Source of the DNA: a virus
Strand: one strand, 5' to 3'
IMG/VR virus record: IMGVR_UViG_3300027754_005987
Coordinates: 32,001-96,000 of that record
DNA: 64,000 nucleotides
The position numbers and the translations under genes are program-made. Each line of letters opens with the position of its first letter. Positions within the stretch are counted from its first letter, which is position 1. Below the pieces are notes generated by a model that made no database searches, had not been told where the DNA came from, and saw only the letters and a list, made by a program, of their open reading frames with translations. Below are positions 19,046 through 27,987 of this stretch, one piece after another.

Positions 19046-21493
19046 ATGTTAACAACCAATGAAATATTCAAAGAGTATGCAAAATGTTTAACAAGTCCAG
19101 TTTATGCAATTGAGGCTTATCTAGAGACATTTGATAAAACTCAAGAAGGGTTTGTTCCATTTAAGCTTTTTCCTAGACAAAAAGAAATTATTTACGCATA
19201 CGAAAAACATAGATTTAATTTAATTACTAAACCTAGACAGGCTGGGGTATCAACAACAACAGCTGCATATATGTCAATAAAAGTTGGTTTTGCTGACGAA
19301 CAAAATCCAGAAGCTATTCTAATTATTGCGAATAAGCAAGAGTTAGCTTTTGAGTTTTTGGCTAAGATTAAAGATTTTTTATCACAATTACCTAGATGGG
19401 TTTGGGGTGATGAGTATTATGGTAATAGTAAGAATGAAAGTAAATCTATATTCTTAACAGACTCTAAAAAAGAAATTAAACTACCTAATGGTAGTCGTGT
19501 AAAAGCGGTAGCTACATCTAAAGATGCCTTGCGTGGATTTACCCCAACTTATCTTGTAATGGATGAGGCTGCCTATATTGATAATGGTGATGAAGTATTT
19601 GGTGCGGCCCTTACAGCTTTAGGTTGTTTAACTAAAGACTCATTGATATTAACCGAAAATGGTTTAGTTGAGTTAGATGAATTGGTTACTGAAAAAGATA
19701 AATTAGGGTTTACTGATTTAGAAACACCACATATGGTTTGTAATAAAGACGGTATTTTAACACCAGCAACCCAAACATTTGTAAGTGAGTATGGTGAAAC
19801 TTTTAAAATAAAAACAAAATTAGGTATAGAGTTAGAGGGTAGTTGGAAACATCCATTATTAATTAATAGAAATGGTGAAGAAGTTTGGGTACGAATGAAT
19901 GAATTAGCTGTTGGTGATAAACCAATAATTAATTATGGTCAAAATTATTTTGGTGAAAATGATTACGTGATTAATGATAATGATTATATTTATACGTCAA
20001 ACGAATTATTAAAAGCAAAAAAAGAAATTTTAATTGATTATATTGGAAAATTATTTTTTGGTCGTGATTATTTTATTAACACAAATAAGAACACCTTAAG
20101 AAGGGTCCAATCTTTATTATTTAATATGGGTATTATATCAATAATAGATGGGGATATGTTAGTTAAAATAACCTTTACTCACGATTTTAATAATATAATT
20201 ATTGATGAGATAATTGAAATAACTAAGGGGGAAGATTATACGTATGATTTACACGTACCAGAAACTAATTCATTCATATCAAATGGTATAGTTAGCCATA
20301 ATACTGGGGGTAAAGCTACGCTAATATCAACTCCAAGGGGTATGGATGCGTTATATTACAAAACTTACGACCAAGCAAAGAGCAAAAAAAATAACTTCAA
20401 TATCATTGAAATGAAATGGTATGAGGATTTGCGTTATAATAAAGGCCTTAAATGGCTTAAAGGTGACCAAGTTTTTGAAGAATACGAATTTACCTTTGAT
20501 TCATATAATAAAATGATTGATGATGGATGGAAACCAACATCATTTTGGTATGAGGAAATGTGTAGAGGTATGAACAATGATGCTAAAATGATAGCACAAG
20601 AGTTAGACGTTTCATTCATAGGTTCTGGTGGTAACGTTATTAGTGAAGAATATATTGATAATCAAAATAAGTTTAATGTAAAAGACCCAATAATGATGTT
20701 AGGGTCAGAACAAGAAACATGGATATGGGAAGAACCAAAAGAAGGTCATCAATACATACTCGGATGCGATGTATCTAGGGGTGATGGTGAGGATGCTTCT
20801 ACTATTGTTATTTTAGATTTCACTACTATGGAACAAGTTTTGGAATATCAAGGTAAAATACAACCAGATTTACTTGCGCAATTAGTTGAACAATATGGTG
20901 AAATGTATAAAGCATATGCAGTAGTCGATATTACTGGTGGTATGGGTGTTTCTACAGTATTAAAACTACTTGAATTTGATTATAAGCGATTGCATTATGA
21001 TTCTTTAGGTGGTAAAGTATTATCAACTAGACAAAGAGAAATGGTTTCTTATGGCAAAGGAGATAAAATACCTGGTTTTCAAGCAACAAATGTTCGTTTA
21101 CCAATGATTTCAAATTTGGAATATAGTATTAGAACAGATACTGTTAAAATACGTTCCAGACGACTTACATCGGAATTAAAGACATTTATATATAAAAATG
21201 GAAGACCAGACCACATGGATGGTTATCATGACGATTTAATTATGTCTTTGGCAATGTGTTTATGGGTTTTGGAACATTCTTTTAAAAACCTAGAAAAGTT
21301 AGAAAAACAAACAAAAGCAATATTAAATAGCTGGGCTGTTGGTTCTAGTAATAGACCAACTATCACAACTACAGATAGCAACACAAAAAAAACAATAACA
21401 ACGGTAAACCAAAAACACCCTGCATATAAAAATGTTCAAGACCCTACTGGTCAGTATGCGTGGTTATTTAGTGGTCAAAATAAAATGAAATAA
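19046..21493 (+). CDS. terL: Terminase large subunit (T4 gp17-like) containing an intein
   Basis: KPRQAGVST, LVMDEAAY, ISTPRG, nuclease GCDVSRG and HDDLIM; 589 aa spliced. Confidence 0.95.
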   Translation: MLTTNEIFKEYAKCLTSPVYAIEAYLETFDKTQEGFVPFKLFPRQKEIIYAYEKHRFNLITKPRQAGVSTTTAAYMSIKVGFADEQNPEAILIIANKQELAFEFLAKIKDFLSQLPRWVWGDEYYGNSKNESKSIFLTDSKKEIKLPNGSRVKAVATSKDALRGFTPTYLVMDEAAYIDNGDEVFGAALTALGCLTKDSLILTENGLVELDELVTEKDKLGFTDLETPHMVCNKDGILTPATQTFVSEYGETFKIKTKLGIELEGSWKHPLLINRNGEEVWVRMNELAVGDKPIINYGQNYFGENDYVINDNDYIYTSNELLKAKKEILIDYIGKLFFGRDYFINTNKNTLRRVQSLLFNMGIISIIDGDMLVKITFTHDFNNIIIDEIIEITKGEDYTYDLHVPETNSFISNGIVSHNTGGKATLISTPRGMDALYYKTYDQAKSKKNNFNIIEMKWYEDLRYNKGLKWLKGDQVFEEYEFTFDSYNKMIDDGWKPTSFWYEEMCRGMNNDAKMIAQELDVSFIGSGGNVISEEYIDNQNKFNVKDPIMMLGSEQETWIWEEPKEGHQYILGCDVSRGDGEDASTIVILDFTTMEQVLEYQGKIQPDLLAQLVEQYGEMYKAYAVVDITGGMGVSTVLKLLEFDYKRLHYDSLGGKVLSTRQREMVSYGKGDKIPGFQATNVRLPMISNLEYSIRTDTVKIRSRRLTSELKTFIYKNGRPDHMDGYHDDLIMSLAMCLWVLEHSFKNLEKLEKQTKAILNSWAVGSSNRPTITTTDSNTKKTITTVNQKHPAYKNVQDPTGQYAWLFSGQNKMK
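19625..20302 (+). mobile_element. Short intein (226 aa) with eroded endonuclease region
   Basis: Starts CLTKDSLI, ends YDLHV...NGIVSHN with Thr+1; no intact LAGLIDADG pair. Confidence 0.9.
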
Positions 21494-21494
21494 A

Positions 21495-21740
21495 ATGGGA
21501 ATAAGTAAAAAAATTTTAATTCAAGCTAAACCTATTAACGATGTTGTATTTTTTTGGTCACCACCAAAAAACAATTTTGGACCAAATAAAAATATAAAAA
21601 AATATGTAAAACCATATTTTTGTAACGCAACAAAATATTCTCAGGGTCAAGATTGGATAACAACATATGTATATGATAGAGTAATTGTTGATGGTGAGCA
21701 ACAACATTCGGCTTATGTTGAATGCGATTATGTTCAATAA
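21495..21740 (+). CDS. Hypothetical protein
   Basis: 81-aa ORF between terL and portal. Confidence 0.6.
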   Translation: MGISKKILIQAKPINDVVFFWSPPKNNFGPNKNIKKYVKPYFCNATKYSQGQDWITTYVYDRVIVDGEQQHSAYVECDYVQ

Positions 21741-21785
21741 CTATTTAATTTCTAAAAAAATAGAACTATATTTAAATAAAAAATT

Positions 21786-23831
21786 ATGGCAGATAATAAA
21801 AATCTAACAATATTTCAGAAACTAGGGCAAGTATTAAATCCTAGTAACGTTAAACAATCACAAACAACATCAACTCAACGTTATAATATAGGTAATGGTG
21901 AATTACTTAAAACAGATAACAAAGCTGATTTTGAGAGAGCTAAACTACAGGCTCAACAAAATAAATATTTGGGTCAAGTATGGAAAAAGGTAGAGAGTGG
22001 ATTGTTTCAACAATCAATTAATTATGAAACAACTCGTATTGGTTCTTATTCCGATTTTGAAGCTATGGAGTTTTATCCAACAATAGCAGCAGCATTAGAT
22101 ATTATGATGGAAGAGTCTACAACGCTTAATCAGCATGGTAGAATGCTTAATGTTTATTCTGATAGTAATAGAGTTAAAACTATATTAGAAGATTTATTTT
22201 TTAACAGGTTAGATTTACACACTTCATTACCAATGTTTACTAGAAACACTTGCAAATATGGTGATAATTTTGTTTATCTAAATATTGATGATAAAAATGG
22301 AATAATTAGTGCTAAGCAATTACCTAATTACGAAATGGAAAGAAGAGAAACTGGATTATTTGATATGGTATCTGGAAGAGAAACACCAAATACATTGGAG
22401 AAAAGTTCATCAACAGATAAAGTTAAGTTTTTTTGGAGAGGTCGTGATGTTGAATTTAATTCATGGCAAATTGCTCACTTCCGTTTATTAGGTGATGATA
22501 GACGTTTACCTTACGGTACATCTGTTTTAGAGAAGTCTAGACGTGTTTGGAAACAATTAATACTATCTGAGGATTCAATGCTTGTTTATCGTGTGACTAG
22601 AGCACCAGAAAGACGTGTATATAAAATCTATGTCGGTAACATTGATGATGCTGATGTTGAACAATACGTAAATACAATTGCTGACAGATTTAAAAGGATG
22701 CCAATAACTGACCCACAAACTGGTCAAATGGACCTTAGATATAATCAATTATCTAATGACCAAGATTATTTCATACCAGTTCGTTCTGAAAATGCGCCAA
22801 CACCAATTGATACATTGCCTGGAGCAACTAACTTGGACCAAATTGCTGATATAGAATACTTACAAAAGAATTTATTCACATCACTTAGAGTACCAAAACC
22901 ATTTTTAGGTTTTGAAGAGGCTGCTGGTGATGGTAAAAATTTAGCTTTACAAGATATTCGTTTTTCTAGAACGATTAATAGAATACAACAATCTATGTTA
23001 CAAGAACTTAATAAGATTGCTATTATTCATTTATATATCTTAGGGTTTGAAGAGGATTTAGATAATTTTACACTTACATTAAATAACCCATCAACTCAAG
23101 CTGAAATGCTTAAGGTTGAACATACTCAACTTAAAGTTACTTTATATAAAGATGCTGTATCTGATGCTGGAAATGGTTTTGGTACTATGTCTATGACAAG
23201 AGCACATAGAGAGATTCTAGGATGGTCTGATGATGAAATTAAGAAAGATTTACTAGAACAAAGAATGGAGAAAGCAGCAGCTGCTGAATTAGCTAATTCT
23301 AGTGCAGTAATAAAACATACTGGTATGTTTGATGTTGTAGATAAAATATATGGCGATTATCAGAAAGCGCTTGAAGGTGGTGGAGCTGGTGAAGAAGGTG
23401 CTGGTGGAGAATCCTCTAGTTCTGGAGGTGGCGGTGGCGGCCTAGGTGGCTCATTCGGTGGCGGTGGAGTAAGTGGTGAAGATTTAGATTTTGGTGGTGA
23501 GACAGGTGCTGAAGAAGAAGGTGGTGCAACAGCTGAAGCAGGTGCAGAAGCAGGTGCAGCTGAAGTAGGTGCTGAAGCAGGTAGTACTGAAGGGTTAGCA
23601 GAATCTATAATGAAAACTGAAAAATTATTGATAGAAAGAAAAGACGCAATATCTAAAAAATTGGATGCTAGAACAAAAAAATACCAAGGAAGATTTGTTA
23701 CTCTTGTTGAGTCAATAAAACCAGATGAAAAAATAAAAGAAGAAAAAGTTAAAATTTACGATAAAAACATAAAAGTAAATCAAAATATCAATACAATGAT
23801 TGATGATATTAATAAAATGTTAGATGAATAG
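21786..23831 (+). CDS. gp20: Portal protein (T4 gp20-like)
   Basis: LSEDSMLVYRVTRAPERRVYKIYVGN, DYFIPVR, IDTLPG, DIEYLQKNL, QDIRFSRTI; Gly/Glu/Ala-rich tail. Confidence 0.93.
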   Translation: MADNKNLTIFQKLGQVLNPSNVKQSQTTSTQRYNIGNGELLKTDNKADFERAKLQAQQNKYLGQVWKKVESGLFQQSINYETTRIGSYSDFEAMEFYPTIAAALDIMMEESTTLNQHGRMLNVYSDSNRVKTILEDLFFNRLDLHTSLPMFTRNTCKYGDNFVYLNIDDKNGIISAKQLPNYEMERRETGLFDMVSGRETPNTLEKSSSTDKVKFFWRGRDVEFNSWQIAHFRLLGDDRRLPYGTSVLEKSRRVWKQLILSEDSMLVYRVTRAPERRVYKIYVGNIDDADVEQYVNTIADRFKRMPITDPQTGQMDLRYNQLSNDQDYFIPVRSENAPTPIDTLPGATNLDQIADIEYLQKNLFTSLRVPKPFLGFEEAAGDGKNLALQDIRFSRTINRIQQSMLQELNKIAIIHLYILGFEEDLDNFTLTLNNPSTQAEMLKVEHTQLKVTLYKDAVSDAGNGFGTMSMTRAHREILGWSDDEIKKDLLEQRMEKAAAAELANSSAVIKHTGMFDVVDKIYGDYQKALEGGGAGEEGAGGESSSSGGGGGGLGGSFGGGGVSGEDLDFGGETGAEEEGGATAEAGAEAGAAEVGAEAGSTEGLAESIMKTEKLLIERKDAISKKLDARTKKYQGRFVTLVESIKPDEKIKEEKVKIYDKNIKVNQNINTMIDDINKMLDE

Positions 23832-23854
23832 TCACTTTTTTAAATAAGTAATGA

Positions 23855-23862
23855 TATTTATA
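23855..23862 (+). promoter_or_regulatory. Putative late promoter TATTTATA
   Basis: 14 nt upstream of ATG 23877. Confidence 0.6.
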
Positions 23863-23876
23863 AATTAAAATAAAGT

Positions 23877-24668
23877 ATGAAGAATTTTGGTAAACTAAAA
23901 AACGTATTTAATGATTTAATTTCTGAGGGTATAGCAACTAAAGACGCTAAATCTATTGAGTTATTTAAAAAATACGTTAAGACAGTAAAAGAAAGTGAAA
24001 TATTAAAAACTCAATTTTTAGTAGTATCAAATATAGAAAATAAAATTGAGTCTAATAGAGAGAAAGCAACTCAATTTGTTAAAGAAAATATTGATTTATT
24101 TTCAAAATTTGATAAGAAAAAAATGATTGAGTTAAATGAAAATTTATCTAGTTTTATCACATCATCTAATAAAGGTGATTTATTAAAAGAAGATATTGAT
24201 TATAACCATAAAAATTTACATCAAAATATCTCTACACTTATATTCACAAAAAAAACACCAAACAATATAGATACGATTGTAGATGCAACTACTGAAGTTG
24301 TTGATTATATTTTAAACAACAAAACTAAAGAGATTGTAGAAGCATATGAGTTACCATCTAGTTTATTGGCTAATATAATGGTTGATAAATATAATGAAAG
24401 ATATGCTGATTTGGATGAATCTGAAAAAAGAATACTTAAAGTTCTTATTGAATCAACAGATGAAGAAAAAAAAGAATTATATTCATTAACAATAAGAGAG
24501 TGTATTGATTTGATAAATGAAAAACTATCTGATTCAGATTTAGAAGTAAAAGATAAACTTTTGCGAGTTAAAGATAAATTATTAAATGACAAGCAAAGTG
24601 TTATTGAAGATTTTAATAAAAATATATCTAAATTAATTGAACTGAAAGATAATTTAAAAAATAGTTAA
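23877..24668 (+). CDS. Helical hypothetical protein in the head module
   Basis: 263-aa ORF after portal. Confidence 0.8.
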   Translation: MKNFGKLKNVFNDLISEGIATKDAKSIELFKKYVKTVKESEILKTQFLVVSNIENKIESNREKATQFVKENIDLFSKFDKKKMIELNENLSSFITSSNKGDLLKEDIDYNHKNLHQNISTLIFTKKTPNNIDTIVDATTEVVDYILNNKTKEIVEAYELPSSLLANIMVDKYNERYADLDESEKRILKVLIESTDEEKKELYSLTIRECIDLINEKLSDSDLEVKDKLLRVKDKLLNDKQSVIEDFNKNISKLIELKDNLKNS

Positions 24669-24677
24669 TTTTTAAAA

Positions 24678-24920
24678 ATGTTTGTTATGAAACCTGTTGC
24701 TAGCGAAAATTTAATTAAATTAAGAAAGTTAAACGAGAAACTTTGTTTTGATTATGTTGAATCGGAAGATTATAAAGAAATAGTTAAAGAAATAAAAGAA
24801 GCTATTGATTATGGTAAATCTGATATCGAAAATCTAGAAACATCTCAATCAAAAATTAAGTGTTATGAGGGCATGTGCTCAAAAATTACAACAATATTAA
24901 ATAAACTTAAACACATTTAA
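24678..24920 (+). CDS. Hypothetical protein
   Basis: 80-aa ORF within the operon. Confidence 0.65.
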   Translation: MFVMKPVASENLIKLRKLNEKLCFDYVESEDYKEIVKEIKEAIDYGKSDIENLETSQSKIKCYEGMCSKITTILNKLKHI

Positions 24921-24922
24921 TC

Positions 24923-25258
24923 ATGGCTGATGACAGAAACACTTGGGGTGAATATAGTAATTTAGTTCTTAAAGAATTAGAACGTCTTAATGATAACTAC
25001 GATAAAATGAGGACGGATATGGACATTAGGTTTAATGAATTAAACCAAAAACTAACAGAAGTTAAAAGTGTAGAAAGTAGGGTTTTTTCACATACTACAT
25101 GGATTGAAAGAGTTAATGATGTATGGTCTCCAAATCAAATGAAAGAAGCCAAGGATGAGTTATATAAACAAAAAAATCGTTGGGTTGCTGCGATAGCTAT
25201 TGTAACGTTTGTTCAAATACTTGTTGGTGTAATTATTTCTATGTGGGGTAAGCTATAA
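24923..25258 (+). CDS. Coiled-coil protein with a C-terminal transmembrane helix (possibly holin-like)
   Basis: C-terminal WVAAIAIVTFVQILVGVIISMW. Confidence 0.65.
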   Translation: MADDRNTWGEYSNLVLKELERLNDNYDKMRTDMDIRFNELNQKLTEVKSVESRVFSHTTWIERVNDVWSPNQMKEAKDELYKQKNRWVAAIAIVTFVQILVGVIISMWGKL

Positions 25259-25265
25259 TAGCTAC

Positions 25266-25296
25266 TTGACATATTAAAATATTTTCATTATACTTA
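25266..25296 (+). promoter_or_regulatory. Primary-sigma-type promoter
   Basis: TTGACA-N17-TATACT, also readable as TTG-N20-TATACTTA. Confidence 0.65.
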
Positions 25297-25310
25297 AATA
25301 AAAACCAGGT

Positions 25311-25757
25311 ATGATGAAAACAGGAAAAGAAATAAAAGTATCAACATTTAAAAATTTTAATGTTATTTACGGAAGTGTAAATAATAAACATTCAAAAGCA
25401 ATTTACATAAACATGTCAGCTTGGGTTGACCCTAATAGTGAAGAGCCATTAAATTACAATCGAGTAATTAGAGAATTAAATAAAAACGTTAAACAAAAAC
25501 TATATAATTTATTTAACGAAAATAATAATTCTGAATTTATAAAAGATAGAACAATTGTAGATTTAGACATTAGAGAATCTGGAATTAAATACGGTAAACG
25601 TAGTTTTATGAATTGTGAAATGACACTTTTCCTAAATTCAGAAAAACGAGTTAATTCAGAAATAATGATAAATAATTTAAATCAAATCGTTAATATGCTA
25701 ATTAGCGATATTTTTGATAATAATAAAATATTTAAATTTCATAGAAAGAAAATTTAA
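25311..25757 (+). CDS. Hypothetical protein
   Basis: 148 aa; IVDLDIRESGI..GKRSFMNCE. Confidence 0.8.
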   Translation: MMKTGKEIKVSTFKNFNVIYGSVNNKHSKAIYINMSAWVDPNSEEPLNYNRVIRELNKNVKQKLYNLFNENNNSEFIKDRTIVDLDIRESGIKYGKRSFMNCEMTLFLNSEKRVNSEIMINNLNQIVNMLISDIFDNNKIFKFHRKKI

Positions 25758-25775
25758 AACTAGATTAAAAATAAG

Positions 25776-25807
25776 AAACCATAAACACTAGTGTTTATGG
25801 TTTTTTT
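25776..25807 (+). terminator. Intrinsic terminator
   Basis: aaaccataaacac-ta-gtgtttatggttttttt. Confidence 0.85.
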
Positions 25808-25844
25808 ATTTTATACACATATTTATTATATAAACGCAAACTAT

Positions 25845-26567
25845 ATGCATAATTATAACGAATTAAAAGTATTGAAACGTCATGAAACAGGGACTGGTGT
25901 TTTAATCGAACATGATGCTGGATTTATTAGTCCTGATGAACCTAGGAATCAACCTTTTATCAATGAGATAAAAAAATTAGATACAGGTAGCAAAATGACT
26001 ATTGTTGAACCGCTTATTGTATACGTTGTATTACAGAAGTATGGTATCCTTAACCGTAATGGTAGGGTTTATCCAGAAAGCATATTAAAACAACAAGATA
26101 GGTTATATCAACAAGCAATCAAAGAAAGAAGAGCCGTAGGTGAATTAGACCATCCAGAATCTAGTGTTATTGCTGGTGATAGAATATCACACAATATAGT
26201 TGAGACATGGTGGGAAGGTCATACACTTATGGGCAAAATGGAGATACTAATGACACCTGGATATATTAATTATGGTATTGTATCAACAAAAGGAGATGAA
26301 GTCGCTAATCTATTAAGAAACAGAATTAAAATAGGTGTATCATCTAGAGGTGTTGGTTCGCTTAAAGAAGGTAAAAATGGTGAACAAATAGTACAAGACG
26401 ATTTTGAGATAATATGTTGGGATGTTGTAACAGCACCTTCAACACCAGATGCATGGATTGGTAGGAGTTCTGAAGAAATTAGACCGTATGTAGAAAACGT
26501 ACAAAAGAAAAAACCATTAATTGAAGGTGGGTTAAATGATAAATTAGATAAATTTTTATTAGATTAA
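25845..26567 (+). CDS. gp21: Prohead core protein protease (T4 gp21-like)
   Basis: NRNGRVYP, GELDHP, ISH, GVSSRGVGS, WDVVTAPSTPDA; start moved to ATG 25845, downstream of the terminator and of TATTTATT (25820-25827). Confidence 0.93.
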   Translation: MHNYNELKVLKRHETGTGVLIEHDAGFISPDEPRNQPFINEIKKLDTGSKMTIVEPLIVYVVLQKYGILNRNGRVYPESILKQQDRLYQQAIKERRAVGELDHPESSVIAGDRISHNIVETWWEGHTLMGKMEILMTPGYINYGIVSTKGDEVANLLRNRIKIGVSSRGVGSLKEGKNGEQIVQDDFEIICWDVVTAPSTPDAWIGRSSEEIRPYVENVQKKKPLIEGGLNDKLDKFLLD

Positions 26568-26699
26568 TAAGAATTATAGATATTTTTTTACTTTAATTTG
26601 GTTTTTTGTTAAAATCACACATATTTATTAACAAATGAGGGGTTTACCCTATTGTTATTTATATATAATATATAAAATTTAAAAAAAATAAAAAAAGAA

Positions 26700-27929
26700 A
26701 TGGCTGAAAAAAAATCAATACTTGAAGAAGCGTTATTGGATATTAAAAACATTCAATCTGCTTTAAATGCCAACACAAAAGAAATACTTCGTAGCGTTGC
26801 TAAAGAAGAAATTGATAGTGTGGTGAAAGAATCGCTTATGAAAAATGAAGCTGATTATGAAGAAGAGGATTTGGAATCAACTGATGATGCTGTAGAATTA
26901 GGCGGTGACGCTGATATCAATACAATGGAATTAGGTGACGAAGAATCTGACGATGCAGAATTAGATGATATCGAAGGCTCCGAAGAAGTGGCTCCAGAAA
27001 TGGATTCAAAAATTGGAATGGACTCAGATGAGTTAGGTGGAGTGTATGATATGACTAAAGGAGCATCAGATGATGAAGTTTTCGCAATTTACAAAAAATT
27101 AAGCGGTGAAGACGAAATCGAAATTGTTGGTGATGAAATTCACTTAAACATTACCGAACCAGGAGAGTACATTGTTAAAAAAGGTGCTTTGGGTGATTCA
27201 ATGGAAGCTGAAGAAGAACTTGATTTAGAAGATTCTGAAGAAGAATCTGAAGAAGAGGGAGAAGCTGAAGAAGAAATGAATTACGAAATTGAAATGGGTA
27301 ATGAAGAAGAAGCTGAAGAAGAAGAAGCTGAAGAGGAAGAAGCTGAAGAAGAAGAATCTGAAGAAGAGGAAGAAGAGGAGTTAGAAGAGAATTTAGGCGC
27401 TACTAGAGGTCATGCTGGTAGACAAGGTGCTAAAAGGTCTGGTTCTGCTCATATTCCAAAACCTAAAAAAGCTTTGGAAGAATCACAAAAAGCTAGACAA
27501 ATTGTTTCTGAAACAACCAAAAAATATAATACATTATTAACTGAAGCTAAAAAATTACAGACTGAGAATGAAGAATTCAGAAAAGCTCTTAAAACTTTTA
27601 GAAATCAGTTAGTAGAAACAGTAGTATTCAATAGTAATCTTACTTATGTAACTAGATTATTCATGGAACATTCAACAACTAAAGCTGAAAAACAAAACAT
27701 TATTAAACGTTTTGATGTTGAAGTATCAAATTTAGTTGAATCAAAAAAACTTTACAAAACTATTGCTAACGAATTGGAATCTAGAAAACCAATTGCTGAG
27801 TCTGTAAATAACAAAATAATTAAAGAAGCGGCTACTAGTACTTCAAAACAATTAAACGAAAGTACTGCGTATGTTGACCCATCTACTAAAAGAATCTTAG
27901 ATTTAATTAACAGAGTAGAGAAAAAATAA
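26700..27929 (+). CDS. Prohead scaffolding/core protein
   Basis: Lies between protease and capsid gene; very acidic centre, coiled-coil C-terminus, many LxE sites. Confidence 0.8.
   Translation: MAEKKSILEEALLDIKNIQSALNANTKEILRSVAKEEIDSVVKESLMKNEADYEEEDLESTDDAVELGGDADINTMELGDEESDDAELDDIEGSEEVAPEMDSKIGMDSDELGGVYDMTKGASDDEVFAIYKKLSGEDEIEIVGDEIHLNITEPGEYIVKKGALGDSMEAEEELDLEDSEEESEEEGEAEEEMNYEIEMGNEEEAEEEEAEEEEAEEEESEEEEEEELEENLGATRGHAGRQGAKRSGSAHIPKPKKALEESQKARQIVSETTKKYNTLLTEAKKLQTENEEFRKALKTFRNQLVETVVFNSNLTYVTRLFMEHSTTKAEKQNIIKRFDVEVSNLVESKKLYKTIANELESRKPIAESVNNKIIKEAATSTSKQLNESTAYVDPSTKRILDLINRVEKK
27205..27390 (+). repeat. Glu-rich low-complexity coding repeats (GAAGAAGAAGCT-like)
   Basis: Encodes EEEAEEEEAEEEEAEEEESEEEEEEE. 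Confidence 0.85.
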
Positions 27930-27987
27930 CAATAACAATAACAAAAAAAAAAAAAAAAATAAAAAAAACAAAAAAAAAAAACAAATT

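Noticed and set aside
25791-25844. Track start of the prohead protease (likewise starts at 12501, 30609 and 1771)
   Set aside because: These extensions run through terminator hairpins or promoter motifs; downstream ATGs fit better.
27205-27390. GAA-rich repeats as a non-coding repeat array
   Set aside because: They are in-frame poly-Glu codons of the acidic scaffold protein.
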